A stretch of 61,278 nt of DNA. Origin: a virus. Its lineage: Duplodnaviria; Caudoviricetes. Shown here in pieces: positions 1-8,683 of this stretch. The first letter of the stretch is position 1. Every line of letters begins with the position of its first letter. The stretch is taken from the IMG/VR virus record IMGVR_UViG_3300036393_000024, positions 1 through 61,278 of that record. One strand, written 5' to 3'. The translations under genes were made by a program, and so were the position numbers. The notes beneath the pieces are model-generated. The model did not search any database. It was not told the DNA's origin and saw only the letters and a list, made by a program, of their open reading frames with translations.

Positions 1-762
1 AACCAGAAGGGCGGGGTCGGCAAGACCACCGTCACGGTGAACCTGGCGGCCGTGGTGGCCGACACGATGGGCCGCGGCGCGGCCGACACCCCGGTGCTGG
101 GGGTGTCGACCGACCCGCAGGCCTCGATGCTGGAGTGGGCGCAGCGGGTCGGTGACGCACTGCCGTTCGACTTCGACCAGTGCGACGACCCGCGCGCGCT
201 GGCCCGGCTGCGGCAGATCACCAAGTACCAGCACATCTTCGTCGACACCCCGGGATCGCTGGAGCATCGCTCGGTCCTGGAGGAGGTGCTGCGCCAGGCC
301 GACGACGTGATCGTCCCGGTGGAGCCCGAGCCGCTGGCGTTCGCGCCGGCGGCCCGCACCATCACCTCGGTGATCGAGCCCTCCGGGGTGCCCTGGCGGG
401 TCCTGATCAACAACTGGGATCCGCGGGACGGCGACCTGGACCTGCGCGAGACCCGGGAGTACCTGGCGGCGAAGCAGTTCCCGACGTTCCAGACGGTGAT
501 CCGGCACTACAAGCTGCACGCCCGCGCGGCCGCCGACGGCGTCACCTGCGTGCAGTACGCCCGCAACCGGGTCGCGCTCGAGGCCCGCGGGGACTTCCTG
601 CGCCTGGCCCTGGAGGTGCTCGGCGCCGACGGGCGCCCGGCCCGGCACGCGAGCCCCGACGCTGCTCCAAGACTTGGAGCAGCTGGCAGCAACTTGGAGC
701 AACTGGCCACGGCCGCCACGGGAGCTGTTAACGGCGTTACCACCTCGGCGGGGCCGCGCTGA
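1..762 (+). CDS. parA: ParA family partition ATPase (5' end truncated by window edge)
   Basis: Window opens in-frame with NQKGGVGKTT (deviant Walker A); also DPQAS, FVDTPGS (Walker B), ADDVIVP; TGATG-coupled to ParB. Confidence 0.93.
   Translation, partial: NQKGGVGKTTVTVNLAAVVADTMGRGAADTPVLGVSTDPQASMLEWAQRVGDALPFDFDQCDDPRALARLRQITKYQHIFVDTPGSLEHRSVLEEVLRQADDVIVPVEPEPLAFAPAARTITSVIEPSGVPWRVLINNWDPRDGDLDLRETREYLAAKQFPTFQTVIRHYKLHARAAADGVTCVQYARNRVALEARGDFLRLALEVLGADGRPARHASPDAAPRLGAAGSNLEQLATAATGAVNGVTTSAGPR
661..703. repeat. Perfect 11-1-11 palindrome GCTGCTCCAAG-A-CTTGGAGCAGC plus an extra half-site
   Basis: 661-683 perfect inverted repeat; CTTGGAGCAAC again at 693-703; lies in the low-complexity 3' tail of parA. 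Confidence 0.7.
727..741. promoter_or_regulatory. 15-bp parS-like palindrome, copy 1 (reverse orientation)
   Basis: GTTAACGGCGTTACC = reverse complement of GGTAACGCCGTTAAC. Confidence 0.7.
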
Positions 763-1664
763 TGGGCAGACGAGTCAGCTACGCAGCGCTGGCCGCCGAC
801 GAGCCCACCGACCCGACACCCGCCACGTGGTCGACGGCCGCCCGACGGACGGTGCCGATCGCCGACCTCGTCGGCAACCCGCTGAACCCGCGCAAGCCCG
901 GCGACGACGACGCGCTCGAGGAGTTGGCCGAGACCATCCGCGCGCACGGCGTGCTGCAGGCCGCCGTGGTGTGCTCGGTGACGGCGTACCTGGAGAACTT
1001 CCCCGACCAGCGCGGCCGGGTCGAGCACGCCCGCTGGGTGGTGCTGATCGGCAACCGCCGGCTGGCCGCCGCCCTGCTGGCCGGCCAGACCGAACTCGAG
1101 GTGATCGAGAACGACGAGCTGGCCGCGTCGATGTACGAGGCGATCCTGATCGAGAACGGGCAGCGCCGCGACCTGCCGCCGGTTCTGGAGGCCGAGACCA
1201 TGGCCCGGGTGCTGGAGCAGACCGGCATCTCACAGCGGGAGCTGGCCCGCCGGATCGGCCGCTCGCACGTGTTCATCGGTCAGCGCCTCTCGCTGCTGCG
1301 GCTGATCCCGGAGCTGCGGCAGGCCTTCGAGCGCGGCCAGCTGACCATCGAGCGGGCCCGCGAGCTCGGCGAGCTCGACCCGTCCCTGCAGGAGGACATC
1401 GCCGCCGGCGGCCCGCCGTACCGCGAGCACCCGCCACGGCCGCTGCCCGGCCAGCCGAGGACGACGCCGGCGGCCCCGTTCGAGCAGCTGGCCAGCCGAC
1501 TCGCCGGCACGCTGGCGGCGCCGGTCACGGTGAAGCGGACAGGCGAGCGCAAGGGCCGCATCGTGGTCGAGTTCACCAGCCTCGACGAGCTGCAGCGCCT
1601 CGCCACCCAGATTGGCGGCCCGCTGGTAACGCCGTTAACGGCGGCCGAAGGTGGTGTCCGTTGA
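762..1664 (+). CDS. parB: ParB/RepB/Spo0J family partition protein
   Basis: NPLNPRK...LEELAETIRAHGVLQ, IGNRRLAA (GxxR CTP box), IENGQRRDL, HTH SQRELARRIGRS, C-terminal GRIVVEFTSLDEL dimerisation motif. Confidence 0.93.
   Translation: MGRRVSYAALAADEPTDPTPATWSTAARRTVPIADLVGNPLNPRKPGDDDALEELAETIRAHGVLQAAVVCSVTAYLENFPDQRGRVEHARWVVLIGNRRLAAALLAGQTELEVIENDELAASMYEAILIENGQRRDLPPVLEAETMARVLEQTGISQRELARRIGRSHVFIGQRLSLLRLIPELRQAFERGQLTIERARELGELDPSLQEDIAAGGPPYREHPPRPLPGQPRTTPAAPFEQLASRLAGTLAAPVTVKRTGERKGRIVVEFTSLDELQRLATQIGGPLVTPLTAAEGGVR
1625..1639. promoter_or_regulatory. 15-bp parS-like palindrome, copy 2
   Basis: GGTAACGCCGTTAAC at 3' end of parB. Confidence 0.7.
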
Positions 1665-2434
1665 CCGACCAGGCCACCCGCGCGGTGGCGACCCGAGGCC
1701 AGGTGCTCGACGCCATCTACAGCTTCGTGGCCCGGCCGGGCGAGCCGTGGACCAGTGTGCTGTTGCGGGCCAGGCTCCTCGCGCTCGACCTCACCGGCCT
1801 GCACATCGCGATGGTTGCTATCGACCAGTTCCACGCCCCGGACGGGGAGCTCTTGCCGGACCGGGTGCCGATCGCCGCGATGCCCGACGGCCGGCCACGC
1901 CCCGGCATCGCCGCGGCGGTGTCCGAGGCCGGCTCTCTGCTGGGAAGCCGCTGGCACCAGGTTCTCTACCGCTACGGCTGGCTCGCCCAAACCTTGGTCG
2001 ACGCGATCGCCTCAGGTGACGCCCACGTGAACCCCTTCGAGGTCGCACGGGGCGAACCGACGGCACCCGACGGCACGATCGAGCCACCGCCCTGCCGACT
2101 GCCCGACGCGCTGTGGGACGACCCAGCCTGGGCCGGCGTCCGGACCGCGCTGGGCCGTCTGCACGCCGCCCAAGCCGCCGCAGCCGAGTACAACGAGCTG
2201 GTGTTCGTCGAGGATCCCGACACCGGTGAGACCGTGGAGTACCTGCCCGAGCACATGATCGGCGTCGCCGCCGAGCTGGAGGCCGCCGCCGACGACTGGC
2301 CCCACGGGGTCGCCGAGTACGCCGACGCGGTGGTTCACCTGCTGGCGACTCGCCCGGAGCTACTCCAAAGCGAGAGACCCGATTCCGCCGGCGAGGCGGT
2401 AACACCGTTAACAGCTCCGGCTGGGGAGAGGTGA
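1661..2434 (+). CDS. Hypothetical protein
   Basis: TTG start overlapping parB stop (TTGA), GC3-rich codons, stop overlaps next GTG. Confidence 0.6.
   Translation: MTDQATRAVATRGQVLDAIYSFVARPGEPWTSVLLRARLLALDLTGLHIAMVAIDQFHAPDGELLPDRVPIAAMPDGRPRPGIAAAVSEAGSLLGSRWHQVLYRYGWLAQTLVDAIASGDAHVNPFEVARGEPTAPDGTIEPPPCRLPDALWDDPAWAGVRTALGRLHAAQAAAAEYNELVFVEDPDTGETVEYLPEHMIGVAAELEAAADDWPHGVAEYADAVVHLLATRPELLQSERPDSAGEAVTPLTAPAGER
2398..2412. promoter_or_regulatory. 15-bp parS-like palindrome, copy 3 (1 mismatch)
   Basis: GGTAACACCGTTAAC. Confidence 0.65.
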
Positions 2435-2880
2435 GCTCCGTGACTGAACAGCAGATCACCATCAACGTAAACCCGCACCAGCTCGACCGCGTGACCGACG
2501 AGTGGCTCGTCATGCTGTGGCATGTGGCGCAGGCCAACCCCGCCGACGGCTTCGAGAACGAGGAGCCAGGGGACCTCGTGATGAAGATCGGCTGGGAGAT
2601 CATCCGCCGCTGGCTCAACGCCGCGCCAACGGAGATGTACCACCACCAGCAGCGGCACTACTACTGGAAGCAGCTCAGCCGGTTCGCCAAGTGGAACGGC
2701 ACCGAGTGGGTTGCCCGCGACCCCGATCAGGAAACCACGTGCGGCTCATCCGCTGGTAACGCCGTTAACACCGCCGGGCAGACCGCGCGGCGGGAGATCC
2801 GCGAGTTCCTGGAAGTCAAGCAGGCCGAGCGGGCAGCGGTCCGGCCGCCGGAGCCGGGCCCCGTGGAGGCGTCCCGATGA
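2431..2880 (+). CDS. Hypothetical phage protein
   Basis: GTGA overlap, RBS GGGGAGAG, protein-like composition (LWHVAQANPA, GWEIIRRWL). Confidence 0.7.
   Translation: MSSVTEQQITINVNPHQLDRVTDEWLVMLWHVAQANPADGFENEEPGDLVMKIGWEIIRRWLNAAPTEMYHHQQRHYYWKQLSRFAKWNGTEWVARDPDQETTCGSSAGNAVNTAGQTARREIREFLEVKQAERAAVRPPEPGPVEASR
2755..2769. promoter_or_regulatory. 15-bp parS-like palindrome, copy 4
   Basis: GGTAACGCCGTTAAC. Confidence 0.7.
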
Positions 2881-3108
2881 GCGTCAGCCGACCGGATCGG
2901 CAGGATCATCGCCGAGAACGAGCTGGCCGCCCTGGACCCGGACGAGCGGGAAGCGGCCAAGAAGCTCGCCGTGTTCCGTCAGGACCTGGCGTGGCGCTAC
3001 GCCGACCGCCCGGCCTGGAAAGAGCTGTCGGCCGCCGAACAGGCATCGATAACCGTGGAGGCGCTGCACTGGCTACGCGCCGCCAGCGACGCCGGGATGC
3101 TCCGGTGA
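2877..3108 (+). pseudogene. Small gene with probable 1-nt frameshift just after its ATG
   Basis: ATG at 2877 is out of frame with a well-biased ORF 2881-3108 (ADRIGRIIAENELAALDPDEREAAKK...) whose TGA overlaps the next GTG. Confidence 0.45.
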
Positions 3109-3542
3109 TCGAGGAGCTGACCGTGGCCGACAACAGCGGTGACAACGACCGGTGGTTCCACCGCACTCTGACCCAGGCCGAGCTACTCGAGGAGCTCGCC
3201 GAGCGGTTCGGCCCGGACCGGTGGAGGTGGGCCTTCCGCTGCCCGGCGTGCGATGACGTCGCCACAGCCGCGGACTTCCGCGATGCCGGCGCCGACCCCG
3301 GCCGAGTCGGCCGAGAGTGCATCGGCCGGCACCTCGGCGCGCTGGGCGGCGGTCCGGACGGCGGCCGCGCAACGGCCTCCCGTGGGTGCGACTGGGCGGC
3401 CTACGGGTTACTCCGAGGCCCGTGGACGATCGTCATGCCCGACGGCAAGGAGCTGCCGTCGTTCGCCATCGCCGACGCTGGTAACGCCGTTAACGGCGGC
3501 GGCGAGGATGCCGCGACCGCAGCGAACGCGAGCACAACGTGA
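3105..3542 (+). CDS. VVA0879-like Cys-rich phage protein
   Basis: WAFRCPAC...DF...ECIGR...GCDWAAYGL motif pattern. Confidence 0.65.
   Translation: MIEELTVADNSGDNDRWFHRTLTQAELLEELAERFGPDRWRWAFRCPACDDVATAADFRDAGADPGRVGRECIGRHLGALGGGPDGGRATASRGCDWAAYGLLRGPWTIVMPDGKELPSFAIADAGNAVNGGGEDAATAANASTT
3480..3494. promoter_or_regulatory. 15-bp parS-like palindrome, copy 5
   Basis: GGTAACGCCGTTAAC. Confidence 0.7.
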
Positions 3543-3742
3543 GCACCGGCAGCAAGGTCCTGATCCTCCGGTTCACCGTTCCCGAGCACCTGGCGGATGC
3601 CGAGATCCATGACATCGGGGAGCGCATCGTCACCGGTCTGGTCACCGACGAGCCGGTCACCTTCGACCGCACCGAGGTGGTTGACGAACGCCCCGAGCCG
3701 GACTGGTGGGGTACCGGCTCGATCGACCCGGGCGGGCCGTGA
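3539..3742 (+). CDS. Small hypothetical protein
   Basis: GTGA coupling, GC3 bias. Confidence 0.55.
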   Translation: MSTGSKVLILRFTVPEHLADAEIHDIGERIVTGLVTDEPVTFDRTEVVDERPEPDWWGTGSIDPGGP

Positions 3743-3752
3743 GGACACCCGT

Positions 3753-3767
3753 GGAAACGCCGTTAAC
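3753..3767. promoter_or_regulatory. 15-bp parS-like palindrome, copy 6 (1 mismatch)
   Basis: GGAAACGCCGTTAAC, between convergent genes. Confidence 0.6.
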
Positions 3768-3783
3768 AGCGGCAGCGGAACGC

Positions 3784-4644
3784 TCAGCCCACGCGCTCGG
3801 AGCTGCCCATGCACGCTGCTGGCCCGGGTACCGCGTCGACCGCCGCGGCGACCCGGCGCGGTGCGACCAACGTGTAGATGGCGGTGGTCGTGGGCGAGGA
3901 GTGGCCGAGGAGCTCCTGCACCAACCGCAGGTCGCCGCCGGTCTGCTCGAGCACCATGGTTGCGACCCGGTGGCGCAGGGAGTGCAGCGTGTCGGGGATG
4001 CCCAGCCCGTGCAAGTAGTCGTTGCACCGGCCGCTGACGTGGTGGGCGGTCACCGGGCCGTGGCCGCGTTCGCGTCGCCAGCACGGTCCGGAGGCGGGCA
4101 GCCGTGCGGCGATGATCTGCCACGCCCAGTCCGGGATCGGGACGTTCCGCTCGACGTCGCCCTTCCCCAGCAGCCGTACCCAGCGCCGGCCGGCCGGGTC
4201 GGCGAAGAAGTCGTCGACTTGCAGCGGGGCGATCTCGCAGGCCCGCAGTCCGGACCAGCCGGCGAGCAGCAGCCAGGGCAGCAGTCTGGCGGGGGCGTCG
4301 TGCAGCATCCGCATGACGTCTCGCTCGGCCATCGGCCGGGGCAGACCGCGCCGCCGGGGCGGTACCGGCAGCAGCGCGGCCGGGTTGTCCTGCCGGTGTC
4401 CGTGCGCCTGCAGCCACCGGTAGTAGGGCCGGGCGACGCTGGTATGCCAGGCCACCGCGTCGAGCGAGATCGTTGCGTGCAGGTGGAGCTGCCAGCGGGC
4501 CAGCTGCTCGTAGGTTGCATGTGCGGGGTCGGTGCCAAGCCACTCGGCCAGCCGGACCAGCACCGAGCGCCGGGCGACCAGCGTGCGCTCGGAACGTCCG
4601 CAGAGCCGCATCCACCGCAGATGCTGCTCGAGGTGGGATGCCAT
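3784..4644 (-). CDS. Tyrosine recombinase, short XerC/resolvase-like (~286 aa)
   Basis: GLRACEI (R), GKGD (K), HSLRH (HxxR), LLGH, TAIYT (Y); no N-terminal arm-binding domain. Confidence 0.9.
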   Translation of the reverse strand: MASHLEQHLRWMRLCGRSERTLVARRSVLVRLAEWLGTDPAHATYEQLARWQLHLHATISLDAVAWHTSVARPYYRWLQAHGHRQDNPAALLPVPPRRRGLPRPMAERDVMRMLHDAPARLLPWLLLAGWSGLRACEIAPLQVDDFFADPAGRRWVRLLGKGDVERNVPIPDWAWQIIAARLPASGPCWRRERGHGPVTAHHVSGRCNDYLHGLGIPDTLHSLRHRVATMVLEQTGGDLRLVQELLGHSSPTTTAIYTLVAPRRVAAAVDAVPGPAACMGSSERVG

Positions 4645-5089
4645 GCCGAGGGGGTAGGCCGCTCCGGGGAGCTCGCCGGCGCCCGGGCCGGCGCGGCGAC
4701 CGGGGCGCCGGCGTGCTGGTGAGCGGGTACAGGTGCGCGGCACGCCGTCGCCGGTTCGCGTGGATCTGGTCGGCGAGTACGCCGCGTTTCGCGTGCTCAC
4801 ACCAGACCCTTCGCCCCCACCGGTTGCGCCGGGCCAGGAAGTGTAAGTCCAGTCAGTACCACCTGGGGGTAATCCACTGGCCTTTCTTGTTGCCGCCCCG
4901 ACTCGCCCCCGGAGTGCCCGCGCCGCATCCAACGCAGGGCCCGGGCCGGCTGCCGCCGAGCGGGCGATCTGTCGCGAAAGGCGTACGCGGCGACGGTCAT
5001 CGCTCTACCGTGATCGATGGGGTCCGGAATGGGCAGGGAGGATCGGGGGGATCCCTCGGGGAGGATTCGCGCGCGGGAGGAGCCGTCGG

Positions 5090-6316
5090 GTGGCCGGTAA
5101 CGAGCGGCTGCGGGCCGCCCGGCTCGCGCGGCCGTCGCCACGCCGGCCCGGTGAGCCGCTGTCGCGGGCGGAGTTGGCGGAACTCGTGGCCGCCACGGTG
5201 CACCGCAGGACCGAGCGCACGGTGCCGCTGGATGCGCATTACATCGCGAAGCTCGAGCGCGCTGTGATCCGCCGGCCGGGTGCCGACTACCGCGCTGCGC
5301 TGGCCGAGGTCCTCAACACCGACGAGTCGGCGCTTGGCTTCGCTCCCCCGCCGCCCAGTCCGCCCGCCGGGGTGCACGGCGTGGACACCGACGGCGGGTT
5401 GCTGGCGCTGGCCGCGGCCGCCGAAGTCACGGAGGTCGGGGCCACCGCCGTCGAGGCCCTGGAGCGGGTGATCGAGCTACTCGCCCGCGCCTACGCGCGC
5501 ACCCCACCGGCCGAGCTGCTGGCCGAGGTACAGCGTCGGGTCGCCGAGACCAACGCCCTACTGGCCCGCCGCAGCACCCTCGCGCAGCGCCGCCGGCTGC
5601 TGGTGGCCGGCGGCTGGCTGGCGCTGCTGGCCGCGACCCTGCACGTCGACCTCGGCAACGCGCACCACTCCGCCACCGGTCGAGCCGTCGCGCTGTCCCT
5701 GGGCCGCGAGACCGGCCACCGCGAGTTGTCCGCGTGGGCCGTGGAGATCGAGGCCTGGGATGCGCTGGTCGGGCACGACTGGCCGGCCGCCGCACGACTG
5801 GCCGCCGAGGGCACCGACCTCGCGCCCAGGCGCAGCCCGGCCGGCGTGCAGCTGGCCGCCCAGCACGCCCGCGCCGCCGCCCGACTCGGCGACGCCCACG
5901 CCGTGCACACCCGGCTGGCCGAGGTCGAGCACATCATCGACGGCCAGACCGGCGGCCGCCCGGAGGACCACCACTTCCGGTTCGACGGCCGCAAGCTGGA
6001 GGGCTACACCGCCACCGCCCTGGCCTGGCTCAACGATCCCGCCGGCGAGACCGTGGCCCGCACGGTGGTCGACCGCTATCGCAACGGCCCGGCCCGCCGG
6101 CTGGCGACCGCCCGCATCGACCTCGGCCTCATCCTGGCCCGCGCCGGCCGCCCCGACGAGGCAGCCGAGCTCGGCCTTCTCGCCGCCGACTCGGGCCAGC
6201 TCGTATCGTCGAACCGCTGGCGGATCACCGAGCTCACCAGCGCGCTGGCCGACTATCGCGGCGTGCCCGAGGTCGACGAGCTGCGTCGGATCTCCAGCCA
6301 GCAGAAGGAAGGATGA
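5090..6316 (+). CDS. XRE-family HTH regulator with C-terminal TPR-like helical domain
   Basis: NERLRAAR...SRAELAELV...YIAKLERAVIRRP N-terminus typical of actinomycete XRE regulators. Confidence 0.75.
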   Translation: MAGNERLRAARLARPSPRRPGEPLSRAELAELVAATVHRRTERTVPLDAHYIAKLERAVIRRPGADYRAALAEVLNTDESALGFAPPPPSPPAGVHGVDTDGGLLALAAAAEVTEVGATAVEALERVIELLARAYARTPPAELLAEVQRRVAETNALLARRSTLAQRRRLLVAGGWLALLAATLHVDLGNAHHSATGRAVALSLGRETGHRELSAWAVEIEAWDALVGHDWPAAARLAAEGTDLAPRRSPAGVQLAAQHARAAARLGDAHAVHTRLAEVEHIIDGQTGGRPEDHHFRFDGRKLEGYTATALAWLNDPAGETVARTVVDRYRNGPARRLATARIDLGLILARAGRPDEAAELGLLAADSGQLVSSNRWRITELTSALADYRGVPEVDELRRISSQQKEG

Positions 6317-6531
6317 GCCGCATGTCCGTCCTGAGCACGGTCCTCGTGTCCGCCGGCGTCGCGTTCCTAGTGACCGGCGGCCCCGTGATCCTCGGCTGGC
6401 TGGTGCTGGAGGTCGTCGATGGCGTGACAGGCCTGTTCCGGCGCCCGGCGGTCCGGGCAGCCGACTTCAAGCAGCACGCAGAGCTGGTCACAGCCGGCAT
6501 GGTCGAGGGCATCCGGGGTCGCAGTGCCTGA
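6313..6531 (+). CDS. Small membrane protein
   Basis: ATGA overlap, RBS AAGGAAGG, hydrophobic N-terminal half. Confidence 0.55.
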   Translation: MSRMSVLSTVLVSAGVAFLVTGGPVILGWLVLEVVDGVTGLFRRPAVRAADFKQHAELVTAGMVEGIRGRSA

Positions 6532-6630
6532 GCGCTTTGGCCGGTGGGTGGTCGACGGCTGGCGCGGGCTGTGGGGTGGCGTTCCGCCAGATCTTCGGTC
6601 CGCACCGCGCGCCGGAGGAGGCCGTGAGCG

Positions 6631-6894
6631 ATGAAGCGGCGGCTCCGCAAGGAGGACATCCCGGCCGAGATGCTGGCGCACCGCTGGGACCAGGCGGTCG
6701 CGGAGATCATCGCCGAGTACCGGGAGCGCGCCGAGGGTGCGCCGTTCGGGTGCGCATGGTTCTGGCGGTGGCGCGCCCGCGACGCGGAGCGGAGTGTGGG
6801 CCGCCGACGGCCGCCGTACCGCGAGATGCGTGACCGGCTGTGGGACACCCTCGTCGCCGAGGGCTTCATCACCGAGGACGGCAGGCTGATCTGA
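6631..6894 (+). CDS. Hypothetical protein
   Basis: GC3 bias, upstream GGAGG. Confidence 0.55.
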   Translation: MKRRLRKEDIPAEMLAHRWDQAVAEIIAEYRERAEGAPFGCAWFWRWRARDAERSVGRRRPPYREMRDRLWDTLVAEGFITEDGRLI

Positions 6895-7037
6895 TGCCGA
6901 GGGCGCTTATGATCGCGGCGGAATGAGCTGAGGTAGGCCGCCCAGGCCGGGCAGGGCAACGGGCGGCCACACCCGAACACCAAGCAGCGATCACCGTCCG
7001 GTGACCGGGACGCACGATACCCGGAGGGATCCCGGTC

Positions 7038-7868
7038 ATGGCCGAATGCCTGCTCGACACGCTGCCCGCCCGTACCGGTGGAACGATCTGCTGGCGTCAC
7101 CACGACGAGATCGCCCGGATGCTCGACCCGGCCTACCGGGGTGACCCGGGAGCCGAACGTCCCGCGAGCATCGTGGTCATGCTCGGCATGCTCAACCCGG
7201 CGCCGGGCTCGGGCACGACGGGTCGCCGGGTGCCCGGCTACCAGTCGTCGCCGTCGGCCGCGCTGCACAAGGTGGTGATGCTCGACGACCGGTCCCAGGT
7301 CGGCTCGCCCAGCACCTGGTATCTGCCGGGCCCGGACGGCCGGGACGACCCGACCCGGCCGGTGACCGAGGACGAGGAGGTTCCCCGGGCGGTGCGCAAG
7401 GCCCTGGTCGCCCTGGCGGAGTCGCTGGCCGAGCGGCTCGGCGTGCCGTACCTCGACGTCGACGCGGAGGACCTACACGGACCCCGACCGACGTCGGACC
7501 GCTACTTCACCTCGCTCACCGTCACCCGGGCCGTGACCTGGCTGCACACGAACGTCCTGCGGCTGACCGAGCAGCCCGATGCGGACTGGATCTATGACGA
7601 CCTCCTCGAGCTCAGCGACCAACTCCGCCCAGCGATCGGCGACCAACGCGAGCGCCCGACCGGCAAGTGCATGGAGCTGGTCAAGGACCGGGTACGCGGC
7701 TCCTACCGCGAGTGCGGCTGCCTGCTCTACATGCCACCGCCGACCCGGGACCCGGAGGATCAGACACCAAAGCAGGCGCAGCAGGCCGTCGTGGTGACGT
7801 GCCGGCGCTGCCGCCGCAACTACACCTGGCTGGACCTGATCCGGCTGCACGCGGCCGAGTCGGCATGA
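7038..7868 (+). CDS. Zn-ribbon protein, putative late-gene regulator
   Basis: RBS GGAGG; N-terminal C..C/H and C-terminal C..CGC..CRRC; position before HNH/packaging genes. Confidence 0.55.
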   Translation: MAECLLDTLPARTGGTICWRHHDEIARMLDPAYRGDPGAERPASIVVMLGMLNPAPGSGTTGRRVPGYQSSPSAALHKVVMLDDRSQVGSPSTWYLPGPDGRDDPTRPVTEDEEVPRAVRKALVALAESLAERLGVPYLDVDAEDLHGPRPTSDRYFTSLTVTRAVTWLHTNVLRLTEQPDADWIYDDLLELSDQLRPAIGDQRERPTGKCMELVKDRVRGSYRECGCLLYMPPPTRDPEDQTPKQAQQAVVVTCRRCRRNYTWLDLIRLHAAESA

Positions 7869-8083
7869 GCCGCCCGGGCCTCACCGTCCCGCAGGTCGCG
7901 ATGGCGTGCGGGGTCGACCAGATCACCGTTCGGTCGTGGATCCGGCGCCGGCGCGTGGTCCGCGATTGCCACGGCCACATCACCATCCCGTCCCTGCTGG
8001 CCTACCTCGACGAGCGCGGCGACCGCGGCCAACGGTGGGACGCCCGGCTCGCGCGACTCGCCCGATCTACCAGTCGGAGTTGA
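7865..8083 (+). CDS. Small HTH DNA-binding protein
   Basis: LTVPQVAMACGVDQITVRSWIRR HTH pattern; ATGA overlap. Confidence 0.65.
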   Translation: MSRPGLTVPQVAMACGVDQITVRSWIRRRRVVRDCHGHITIPSLLAYLDERGDRGQRWDARLARLARSTSRS

Positions 8084-8281
8084 CGCAGGTCAGAGGCACG
8101 TGCAACGATCCGCGCCAGCGGACGACGTGTGTCCACACCACGATCCCGCTGATCGACTCGCCTAGCAGGGGTGACGCCCTGGCCCGCAGGCAGCCCGGGC
8201 GCGCTGGCTGCCCTCAACGTCATCGCAGGCCAGCTGCGCCGCGCTCATCGAGTCAGAGTCTCACAGCACCGGGAGGTCCCG

Positions 8282-8683
8282 GTGCGCAAGACCGCGCTCA
8301 CCCGGCGGACCCCGCTGCGGCGCACCGCGATGGCCAGGCCCGCGCCGAAGCGGATCCCGCGCTCGGTCCGGGACATCGTGCTCGAGCGCGACCAGCGCCG
8401 CTGCGTCCGCTGCGGCCTGCACCTTGAGGGCCAGCGCTACTCGCTGCACCACCGCAAGCCACGGGGCCAGGGCGGCCCGGACACTCCGGCCAACCTGATC
8501 TCGCTGTGCGGGACGGGTACGACCGGCTGCCACGGCTGGGTGGAGCACAACCGCGAGCTCGCCCGCGGCCCGGAGTTGGGCTACCTGCTGCGCCGCAGCG
8601 CGGCGCCCGACCTGGTGCCCGTCCTGGTCCACGGCCTGGGCCTTGCCTACCCGATCGACGCCGGCTGGCTGGTGGCCGCGTGA
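8282..8683 (+). CDS. HNH endonuclease
   Basis: ERDQRRCVRCG...HHRKPRGQGG...NLISLCG..TGCHGWVE. Confidence 0.85.
   Translation: MRKTALTRRTPLRRTAMARPAPKRIPRSVRDIVLERDQRRCVRCGLHLEGQRYSLHHRKPRGQGGPDTPANLISLCGTGTTGCHGWVEHNRELARGPELGYLLRRSAAPDLVPVLVHGLGLAYPIDAGWLVAA

Noticed and set aside
727-3767. 15-bp repeats as a CRISPR array
   Set aside because: Spacing is irregular (about 270-900 bp), the repeats sit inside genes, and there are no cas genes.
3784-4644. Classical phage integrase with attP
   Set aside because: It is short, lacks an arm-binding domain, is not beside the repressor, and no att core was identifiable; kept as resolvase-like.
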